The notes beneath the pieces are model-generated. The model was given only the letters and a program-made list of their open reading frames with translations. It did no database searches and was not told the origin of the DNA. Shown here in pieces: positions 1 through 7,968 of a stretch of 9,776 nt of DNA. The translations under genes were made by a program, and so were the position numbers. The stretch is from Octopus sinensis (Eukaryota): assembly GCF_006345805.1 (NCBI RefSeq), contig NW_021827666.1, positions 1 through 9,776 on the forward strand, read 5' to 3'. Each line of letters opens with the position of its first letter. Position 1 is the first letter of the stretch.

Positions 1-98
1 ATAGTAGAAGACAGTTGTCCAAGGTGCCAAACAGGGGACTGAACCCGGAACCATGTTGTTGGTAGGCAAGCTACTTACACACAGCGACTCCTGCGCCT
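1..98 (-). mobile_element. tRNA-derived CORE-like SINE (family A, octopus OR2-like), 5' part; continues off the window edge
   Basis: The minus strand reads AGGCGCAGGAGTCGCTGTGTG (A-box-like), then GGGTTCAGTCCC (B box), then TGGCACCTTGGACAACTGTCTT, which resembles the CORE domain GTGACCTTGGGCAAGT. It is homologous to 131-261 and 6068-6230. Confidence 0.85.
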
Positions 99-130
99 AT
101 ATATATGTATATATACATATACATACATAA

Positions 131-261
131 GACGGGCTTCTTTCAGTTTCCGTCTACCAAATCCACTCACAAGGCTTTGGTCGGCGCGAGGCTATAGTAG
201 AAGACAGTTGCCCAAGGTGCCATGCAGTGGGACTGAACCCGAAACCATGTGGTTCGTAAGC
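131..261 (-). mobile_element. SINE family A copy, missing about 35 nt of the 5' head
   Basis: Shares ATAGTAGAAGACAGTTG.CCAAGGTGCCA...GGGACTGAACCCG.AACCATGT with 1-56. Similarity stops at about 261. Confidence 0.85.
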
Positions 262-271
262 ACATCTCAAA

Positions 272-655
272 TTACTTAATTATTTCTGCAGTCAGTCGTC
301 GCGACTATGGCCGTTTATAGCTTTGGCCAGACATGATGAGCTTTCTCTGTACTGGTCGGTCTTCAAGCTTGGGTTTGCCATTCATTGCGACCAGTTCCTT
401 TCCACTTCACATCCTTTTTTTTTTTGCAGTATCTTTGAATCTCAGTTTAGGTTTTCCGTACTTTCTTTTCCCCTAGCATCGTTGGGAGGAAAGGAATTGT
501 CTGGGGAGTCTGCTCCTGCACATCTTATATATGTGTTCCACCCAACATAAATTTCTATCAATGAGGCTTTCCATCGTGGGTAGCAGGCCAGCACGCCGTA
601 AGATCTCTCCATTCCTGATCTTGTGAAACAGAGTAATGTTCATAATTCGTCGTAA
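272..655 (-). mobile_element. Degenerate 3' fragment of an RTE-clade LINE (ORF C-terminus plus 3' UTR)
   Basis: Manual minus-strand translation gives (Q)LRRIMNITLFHKIRNGEILRRAGLLPTMESLIDRNLCWVEHIYKMCRSRLPRQFLSSQRC*GKRKYGKPKLRFKDTAK. This matches the RTE post-RT pattern LRRIL.I.W.D.I.N.EVL.RA...RLRW.GHV.RM...RLP....Y..L..GKR..GRP.LRFKD. There is an in-frame stop and a probable frameshift in the poly-T at 415-425. Confidence 0.85.
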
Positions 656-900
656 CTGGAAAGAGTAGTCGATACATATACGACGCTATAGTAAGGTTTC
701 ACTGCGTATATACTGATCAAATTTACGCTGTCAAACGTATTTGAAGAGTCTGAAACCTAAGTACTGGATTATCCGATTCTGGGTTGTCCATTTATCTAAT
801 GTTCTTTCTAGAGGTATCACAAATTTTTCATGTTTGCTGCACTCACACTTCTTTGCCAGTATATACGCAGCGTCGTATATGCATCGACTGCTATTTCCAG
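656..900. mobile_element. Putative MITE (~245 bp) with ~45-bp terminal inverted repeats
   Basis: The left arm 656-715 CTGGAAAGAGTAGTCGATACATATACGACGCT[16-nt insert]GCGTATATACTG pairs with the right arm 857-900 CAGTATATACGCAGCGTCGTATATGCATCGACTGCTATTTCCAG. TAA flanks both sides (653-655 and 901-903). The superfamily is uncertain (Harbinger-type TAA or degenerate piggyBac TTAA). Confidence 0.65.
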
Positions 901-937
901 TAAATATTGGTGCCTTGATGTACCACTAATCTGTATT

Positions 938-1004
938 TATATATATATATATATATAAATATATGTGTGTGTGTGTGTATGCATGTATATATATACATAT
1001 ATAT
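938..1004. repeat. Compound (TA)n/(TG)n microsatellite
   Basis: Direct reading of the sequence. Confidence 0.95.
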
Positions 1005-1325
1005 AATAACAAAGGGTAAAACTAATTAATTACGAAGTAATCAATAAATTTCACCAAGTAGGATTCGGTATGGAAACAGGACCGCTAACACGGTAAAATT
1101 TAGTAATACTAATAAAAAGGGTTCGGCAAAAGAATTGCTTCCCCGCATACCGAAGTTCAGAAATAGCAGCCAAAATCTTAGCCATTTCTTCTACTTTAAA
1201 AAGGGTCTTCCAGAGAAACCCAAAATACTTGAAGTTTAAACACACAGGCAGAGGGTAAAGCAAACAGAAATCAATCGATATCTGATCATCCATAGACGCG
1301 CGTTCTGAACCCTTTTTATTAGTAT

Positions 1326-1330
<5 letters not shown>
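1003..1330 (-). mobile_element. 5'-truncated Penelope-like/retrozyme-like element, a diverged relative of the 596-bp unit, with a 24-bp 5' inversion
   Basis: Colinear with 6533-6837, sharing blocks CACCAAGTAG, AGTAATACTAA, GAATTGC, CATACCGAA, AGAAATAGCAG.CAAA and ATTTCTTCTACT. It ends within the 3' half of a hammerhead (minus strand GAACGCGCGTC, 1305-1295). 1307-1330 is a perfect reverse complement of 1101-1124. (TA)n lies on both sides. Confidence 0.7.
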
Positions 1331-1370
<40 letters not shown>

Positions 1371-1395
1371 CCGAGCAACGCGGGCGATACTGCTA

Positions 1396-1431
<36 letters not shown>

Positions 1432-1462
1432 TATATATATATATTATATATATATATATATA
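1329..1462. repeat. (TA)n tracts interrupted by an inverted copy of the Helitron 3' end (1368-1398)
   Basis: AATCCGAGCAACGCGGGCGATACTGCTAGTA is the reverse complement of 1461-1492 apart from a 1-nt indel. Confidence 0.9.
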
Positions 1463-1848
1463 CTAGCAGTATCGCCCGGCGTTGCTCGGATTGTAAGGGA
1501 AATAACTATACAGCATTTTTAGAGAGTTATAGCCAAAAAATAGCATAAAATGCATTAAAAATGAAAAAAAATATGATGGTAAATTTTTTTAATCGTTGAC
1601 TCATCGTAGACATTTTTAGAGAGTTACTTCCCTTTAAAAAATATGCATGAAAATGGAAAAAAATGATGGTAAATTTTTTAAATCGTAGACTCATCGTAGA
1701 CGCGCGCTAATACCCAGAAGGGCTCGATATGAATCACGACTATAAGATACCCGGTTTTGGTTACACTGCACCGCAAAATGTGGGAGTAGTTAGGAATCTA
1801 AATCGAAGGGGACAGACACTCACACAACTACAGTTTTATATATAAAGA
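1463..1848 (-). mobile_element. Non-autonomous Helitron (386 bp)
   Basis: The minus strand begins A|TCTTTATATATAAAA and ends CCGAGCAACGCCGGG-CGATACTG-CTAG|T. This gives 5' TC, a GC-rich subterminal hairpin-like motif, 3' CTAG, an AT target and no TSD. There is an internal ~90-97 bp tandem duplication (1514-1610 / 1611-1700). Confidence 0.85.
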
Positions 1849-3310
1849 TATAATTTTATCTCGCTTAATGCAATGTCAGATTGGTTCTGGTGACCTTAAT
1901 GTCATATATGCATGCATACACAATAATCTCTACTTCAAATAACTTCACGCTATAAATTAGTCCCCACTCTTCTCTTCTACGTGTGCTCATCGATTACAAA
2001 TATTTACATGATATTTTCTGTGTGCACGTACGTGTGTGTGTTGATGTGTCTTTACCAACTGAGTGTTACTACGTAGACGAGTTTGCATGTGTCTCGCTGT
2101 CTTTTTGTGTGCGTGAATTTTGGCATACGAATTCTGTGTCATGACACATGCATACTCTTGTAAAATTTCACTTTAAGAAGGATTAGTGTAACCAAAGGAG
2201 GACAACGGAAAGTCCAACTGGGAGGAATGTTGGTGAGGCGCTACTTGTTTGTCTGTGGTGTATGCAGGAGATTTGAAATAGAGACACCTGCCTTCTCTTC
2301 GTCGACGTAGACCTCCCCAGCGGTAATGCGCCCTTCCACGTGGCCCGATCCGAACGCTAGAAATAGTAGCTGCTTTCTCCCTACCTTGACAAAGCGCTCA
2401 CACGTCCAGCTCCGTCTGCTACCCCGATCGAAAAGGCCCGATCCTCCCCTGCCTGCGCGCTTCTCGCTCCTAACCCTTCCTCTTCCGGTCAGCTCCCCAG
2501 CTGCTGACGTCATCCTACATTGTCTACAGCAAGGAAAAGTAAATTCTTTTCCATGCTGCAGTGATGACCGGTTAACATACTTTTGTTTAGAAATGTATCA
2601 AAGAAATTGATCGCAAAGAAGAATCTGCAGCCTGTGCAAATCATGTGCTAAACCTTGATAGTTCTAAATGCAGCATTTGTTGCTGTGAATTCTGTTACTT
2701 TCTGGGAAGTGTGGATTGTTTGTTTAAATTTTTTCTTTATCCATCAATCGTTGAGATCTTCTGATTTCAGTCAGTAGCCAAGGTATCAAATACGAAATAG
2801 AAACTTGGTGGAATGGAAGGGGAGAAGTGTGGATATTGTATAAAAATGTTTCTCAAAAATATGAAGCACTTTAAAGCAGTTATCTTGTGAAGAGAAAAAT
2901 ATAGCTACAAGGTCAGACGTTATGCGGCTTAGTACATAATAATTGTTGATCTTTTTTGTGCTTGGCTTACGAGACATCGTTCTTCTTGAAATTTACGATA
3001 TGCAGTTTAACTCCAAACTAAAGGATGGAATTTACAACAGTGTGATATAAAAGAGCATTTCAGATCGAAAATATGTGCGAGCCAGTGAGCAATGCAGTAA
3101 CCTATGCCGAAAGAATCTAGGCAAACTAGGATATTAATGAAGCGTCGGTATAGATGTCGACAGAAGAAACAAAAGGTTTGTGAAGTATTCAGGGATGTTT
3201 AATTCTTATATGAAACAGGGTTGACAAGAGAGATGTTTTCTTCACAAAGCAGAATGATCCAAGAAATTATTTGGAGATTTCGATAACTTGTTAATAGCAT
3301 ATATAAAGAA

Positions 3311-4060
3311 GGCGGAGAGGTGACAGACACGTTTGCACGCCGGGCGAAATGCTTAGCCGTATTTCGTCTGCCGCTACGTTCTGAGTTCAAATTCCGCCGA
3401 GGTTGACTTTGCCTTTCATCCTTTCGGGGTCGATTAAATAAGTACCAGTTACGCACTGGGGTCGATATAATCGACTTAATCCGTTTGTCTGTCCTTGTTT
3501 GTCCTCTCTGTGTTTAGCCCCTTGTGGGTAGTAAAGAAAAAGGTATTTCGTCTGCCGCTACGTTCTGAGTTCAAATTCCGCCGAATTCGACTTTGCCTTT
3601 CATCCTTTCGGGGTCGATTAAATAAGTACCAGTTACACACTGGTGTTGATATAATCGACTTAATCCGTTTGCCTGTCCTTGTTTGTCCTCTTTGTGTTTA
3701 GCCCCTTGTGGGTAGTAAAGAAATAGGTATTTCGTCTGCCGTTACGTTCTGAGTTCAAATTCCGCCGAGGTCGACTTTGCCTTTCATCCTTTCGGGGTCG
3801 ATTAAATAAGTACCAGTTAGGCACTGGGGTCGATATAATCGACTTAATTCGTTTGTCTGTCCTTGTTTGTCCCCTCTATGTTTAGCCCCTTGTGGGTAGT
3901 AAAGAAATAGGCATTTCATTTCTTTCATGTTCTGGGTTCAAATTTCGCCGATGTTAACTTTGTCTTTCATCCTTTCGGATCTGATAAAACAAGTACTGGA
4001 ATCTTTGCAATAGGCTTAGTCCCTTCCCCGAAATTGTTAGCCTTATGCCAAAATTTAAAA
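3311..4060 (+). mobile_element. tRNA-derived SINE family B: one head followed by three 184-bp tandem body units and a fourth diverged unit
   Basis: The head is GGCGGAGAGGTGACAGA...GCTTAGCC and the B box GAGTTCAAATTCC is at 3383-3395. The central GCCTTTCATCCTTTCGGGGTCGATTAAATAAGTACCAG resembles a widespread SINE central domain (Meta-like, from memory). Units start at 3359, 3543, 3727 and 3911. Confidence 0.88.
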
Positions 4061-4245
4061 TCAATAATATATATAAATATGAATGTCAGTTGTATCACCA
4101 TCACGGTAACATTCATAAAGAAGTGTTTCTCGTTGAGAGAGAAAAACGTAAGCATCTTATTGCTGTCGCTGCAACACAACCGAAACAGAGAATGGATAAA
4201 GACCCCTTTAAAATTTTAACCGTCGAAAAACATTCTAATAATTTT

Positions 4246-4548
4246 GTTTGTTCCTTCTCGTGCCATGCCTAGCTCATAAGGGCCGGTTTCCCGGTTTCTT
4301 GGCGTATAGGTTACCCACCTGGACGGGACGCCAGTCCATCGCAGGTGAGCTGCAAGATGCAGGTGGAAAGAGTGAGAGAAAGTTGTGGCGAAAGAGTCAG
4401 CAGAAGTTTCACCATTACCTTCTGCCGGAGCCGCGTGGAGCTTAGGTGTTTTCGCTCATAAACACACACATCGTCCGGTCTGAGATTCGAACCCGCGATC
4501 CCTCGACCACGAGTCCGTTGCTCTAAACACTAGGCCATGTGCCTCCAC
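4246..4548 (-). mobile_element. tRNA-derived SINE family C, copy 1 of a head-to-tail dimer
   Basis: The minus strand has GTGGAGGCACATGGCCTAGTG (A box), GGGTTCGAATCTC (B box, 4494-4482) and CCTGCGATGGACTGGCGTCCCGTCCAGG (V-domain-like, 4345-4318). Confidence 0.88.
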
Positions 4549-4574
4549 ACACACACGCACACATTAATATAGTA

Positions 4575-4879
4575 GTTTGTTCCTTCTCTAGCCACCCCTG
4601 GCTCATAAGGACCGGTTTCCCGGTTTCCTTGGCGTATAGGTTTCCCTCCTGGACGGGACGCCAGTCCATCGCAGGTGAGCTACAAGATGCAGGAGGAAAG
4701 AATGAGAGAAAGTTGTGGCGAAAGAGTCAGCAGAGGTTTCGCCATTACCTTCTGCCGGAGCCGCGTGGAGCTTAGGTGTTTTCGCTCATAAACACACACA
4801 ACGTCCGGTCTGAGATTCGAAACCGCGATCCTTCGACCGCGAGTTCGCTGGCTCTAACCACAAAGCCATGTGCCTCCAC
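4575..4879 (-). mobile_element. tRNA-derived SINE family C, copy 2 of the dimer
   Basis: Highly similar to 4246-4548 over its full length. The pair is flanked by the direct repeat ATTCTAATAATT (4232-4243 and 4881-4892). Confidence 0.88.
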
Positions 4880-5070
4880 TATTCTAATAATTGTAATACC
4901 GCAGCAGATTTTTCTCGCAATCATCGTTGGTTTTACTAGCTGTGCGTGGAGTTTTTTTCTGAACTGAAGCGAATTATGGATTACCCAAGAACAACTGAAA
5001 GCATCTTACAGAAAAAAACAGCTTTTGACAGAACGAAATAAACTCAGAAAATTGTTACAAAATGCTGTGG

Positions 5071-5114
5071 GTGGATGGATCGATCGATCGATGGGTGGAT
5101 CGATGAATCGATCA
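5071..5114. repeat. Degenerate (GGAT)/(CGAT) tetranucleotide repeat
   Basis: GTGGATGGATCGATCGATCGATGGGTGGATCGATGAATCGATCA. Confidence 0.8.
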
Positions 5115-5775
5115 AGCAATGGAGCGGCCGTCCCTGTCAATCCTTCCGTTACTTTACGTTTCATGAAATCTCGCTTTCAAACCGGACGTTAATCATCAGC
5201 CATGATGATTTACAGCTTTCAATGCTACGAAGCTGTAAAGCCATATTTTCTTCTTTCTCTTTTGTCTCATTATCAGATTGGTATATCTACTCTTCTTTTC
5301 CCCTTTTCTCTACTTCATATCAATCGTTTCATTTAAAAATTGACTGGGACATTTTCCATAAGGAGCATATACCATTTGGTATGAATTATGAGTTACCTTG
5401 CTTTGGTCATAAACTGTAAAATTAACCGACTAACTGAAAATTTCTCAGGCTACTTTCGATTGATTTATTTAGTATTTTGGTTAAAGCAGTCTTCTGCTAA
5501 TGCGTTAAAAGAATCATAACATTTGTATGTGTATGTCTGTAAGTGTATCTGTCAGTCAGTTTGTCTGGCTGTCTGTACGTATACATACATATATATAGTT
5601 GAAATTTATAGAAAAACAAAAGACGATGACAGGTGTATGAACAAGCAAGTATATTAGTTTGATACTCGAGAAAATGAAACAGACTTTTAGGTTTCGTACC
5701 TACGCTCTTCAACAGAAAGGAATAAGAGAAAATAAAAAAAGACTTGTAGATTTCAGCAGTCCAACATGTCGAATC

Positions 5776-6066
<291 letters not shown>

Positions 6067-6067
6067 C

Positions 6068-6230
6068 GAGTTCGTTTCTCAGATTCCGTCTATCAAATCT
6101 ACTCACAAACTATTGGTCGGTCCGAGGCAATAGTAGAAGACACTTGTCTGAGGTGCAACGCAGTAGGACTGAACACTGAGCCGTGTGGTTGGGTAGAGCA
6201 AGCTTCTTAACACTCAGCCATGTCTGGCCT
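6068..6230 (-). mobile_element. Older, diverged SINE family A copy
   Basis: CCGTCTATCAAATCTACTCACAA...ATAGTAGAAGACACTTG...GGACTGAAC...TGTGGTT aligns with 131-261 and 1-98. Confidence 0.85.
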
Positions 6231-6251
6231 ATGGGAAAGTGGGAAATATTG

Positions 6252-6410
6252 CTACATCGACCCAAATACTAGACTGGTACATATTTTGTCCACCCCGAAA
6301 GGACGAAAGGCAATATCTACCTCGGCGAAATTTGAACACAAAATGTAAACGCGGACTAAATGCCGCTAAGCACTCTGTCCGGTGGACTAGCGAATCTAAC
6401 ACCTCGCCTT
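6252..6410 (-). mobile_element. Older, diverged SINE family B copy
   Basis: CTGGTAC...CCCCGAAAGGACGAAAGGCAA...CCTCGGCGAAATTTGAAC...GCTAAGCA is the reverse complement of the 3311-3465 motifs. Confidence 0.85.
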
Positions 6411-6416
6411 ATACAT

Positions 6417-6449
<33 letters not shown>

Positions 6450-6497
6450 GACACAAACACTGGCATACACACATATATATATATATATAAATACTCG

Positions 6498-6525
<28 letters not shown>
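6411..6525. repeat. (CA)n/(TA)n microsatellite
   Basis: Direct reading of the sequence. Confidence 0.95.
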
Positions 6526-6529
<4 letters not shown>

Positions 6530-6820
6530 TCCGTAATAATAAGGGTGAATTAATTAATTTGGAATAATTATCAATTACACCAAGTAGTCTTCGGCATGTA
6601 AAAGCCTCATTCGAGGAAAATTTAAGTAATACTAAGCAATAAACAGGGTTAGCAACGAATTGCCTTACCCCATACCGAATTTAGAAATAGCAGTCAAAGA
6701 GTTATAGCTATTTCTTCTACTAAAAAGGGAGATCTCAGTAAAAACAGCATTGGAAGGCAGACACAAACAGGTAAGAGAGAATGAATTGACGGCAATCTAT
6801 CATACATTTTAAGTTATCTA

Positions 6821-6923
6821 CTACGGACGTACGTTTCGAAATCAAGTTTTTGGAAAGCATAAGAATTAAATTTAAATATTAAATAATTCTATCTTACCGA
6901 AACTTCTTTTCTCTTCAGCGTAG
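6821..6923 (-). ncRNA. Type I hammerhead ribozyme with extended stem II
   Basis: The minus strand reads CTACG-CTGAAGA-[GAAAAGAAGTTT...AAACTTGATTTC, 74 nt]-GAAAC-GTAC-GTC^CGTAG. Stem I is CTACG/CGTAG, the CUGANGA and GAAA cores are intact, and stem III ACGTACGT is palindromic. Predicted cleavage is between 6826 and 6825. Confidence 0.8.
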
Positions 6924-7415
6924 AATACTATAATCATAAATGATTATATATTGAATTTTGAGATACTAGAAGGCACCAACTCAACTCAGTATCAGAGTGA
7001 GCTAGAATCCGCAACTAGTATCACCAAATCAATGTGTGAATGAAACGATTGTGTCACCAGCCCCTTCCCACCCGCGTGTAGCCAAAACAAGATGCTGTGG
7101 TCATCTACTGAGATAAAATATGGTTTCCGTAATAATGAAGGGTGAAATTAATTAATTTGGAATAATTATCAATTACACCAAGTAGTCTTCGGCATGTAAA
7201 AGCCTCATTCGAGGAAAATTTAAGTAATACTAAGCAATAAAGGGTTAGCAACGAATTGCCTTACCACATACCGAATTTAGAAATAGCAGTCAAAAGAGTT
7301 ATAGCTATTTCTTCTACTAAAAAGGGAGATCTCAGTAAAAACAGCAATTGGAAGGCAGACACAAACAGGTAAGAGAGAATGAATTGACGGCAATCTATCA
7401 TACATTTTAAGTTAT

Positions 7416-7520
7416 CTCCGACGTACGTTTCGAAATCAAGTTTTTAGGAAAGCATAAGAATTAAATATTAAATATTAAATAATTCTATCTTACCGAAACT
7501 TCTTTTCTCTTCAGCGGTAG
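7416..7520 (-). ncRNA. Second copy of the extended hammerhead, with stem I disrupted by indels
   Basis: CTGAAGA (7514-7508) and CGAAACGTACGTC (7432-7420) are intact. The flanks read CTACCG / GGAG, so stem I pairs poorly. Confidence 0.55.
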
Positions 7521-7933
7521 AATACTATAATCATACATGATATTATTGAATTTTGAGATACTAGAAGGCACCAACTCAACTCAGTATCAGAGCGAGCTAG
7601 AATCCGCAACTAGTATCACCAAATTCAATGTGTGAATGAAACGATTGTGTCACCAGCCCCTTCCCACCCGCGTGTAGCCAAAACAAGATGCTGTGGTCAT
7701 TACTGAGATAAAGTATGGTTATCCGTAATAATGAAGGGGTGGGAGGGGGGGGCTGGTGACACAATCGTTTCATTCACACTGAATTTGGTGATACTAGTTG
7801 CGGATTCTAGCTCGCTCTGATACTGAGTTGAGTTGGTGCCTTCTAGTATCTCAAAATTCAAATATAATCATTTATGATTATAGTATTCTACGCTGGAAGA
7901 GAAAAGAAGTTTCGGTTAAGATAGAATTATTTA

Positions 7934-7963
<30 letters not shown>

Positions 7964-7968
<5 letters not shown>

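Larger units (their letters stand above)
6526..7935 (-). mobile_element. Non-coding Penelope-like/retrozyme-like element: two 596-bp tandem units, an 18-bp start of a third, and a ~200-bp inverted segment
   Basis: CCGTAATAAT(G)AAGGG recurs at 6531, 7127 and 7723. About 7737-7935 is the reverse complement of about 7474-7669. There is one hammerhead motif per unit, no convincing ORF, and (TA)n on both flanks. Confidence 0.8.

Noticed and set aside
1695-1710. GACGCGCG in the Helitron resembling a hammerhead stem III
   Set aside because: It lacks the adjoining GAAA core and a CUGANGA partner.
2241-2765. ORFs 2241-2513 and 2326-2610, and a possible exon after TTTTGTTTAG at 2591
   Set aside because: No recognisable domain or consistent exon structure, so a CDS cannot be supported without transcript data.
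3359-3910. Regularly spaced repeats as a possible CRISPR array
   Set aside because: Whole 184-bp units repeat with no unique spacers, the sequence is SINE-derived, and the context is eukaryotic.
4475-4548. tRNA gene-like A/B boxes
   Set aside because: These are the head of a SINE continuing into a repeated body, and no complete cloverleaf acceptor stem is evident.
4248-4775. Two similar ORFs ending ...YLLPEPRGA
   Set aside because: They are antisense readings of the duplicated SINE C copies, with no recognisable protein family.
4045-5070. Possible decayed coding sequence interrupted by the SINE dimer
   Set aside because: Rejoining across the TSD gives early stops and no motif I can recognise.
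7886-7935. Plus-strand hammerhead in the inverted segment
   Set aside because: Only the 5' half (CTACG-CTGGAAGA plus part of stem II) is present, and it is truncated by (TA)n before GAAAC/GTC.
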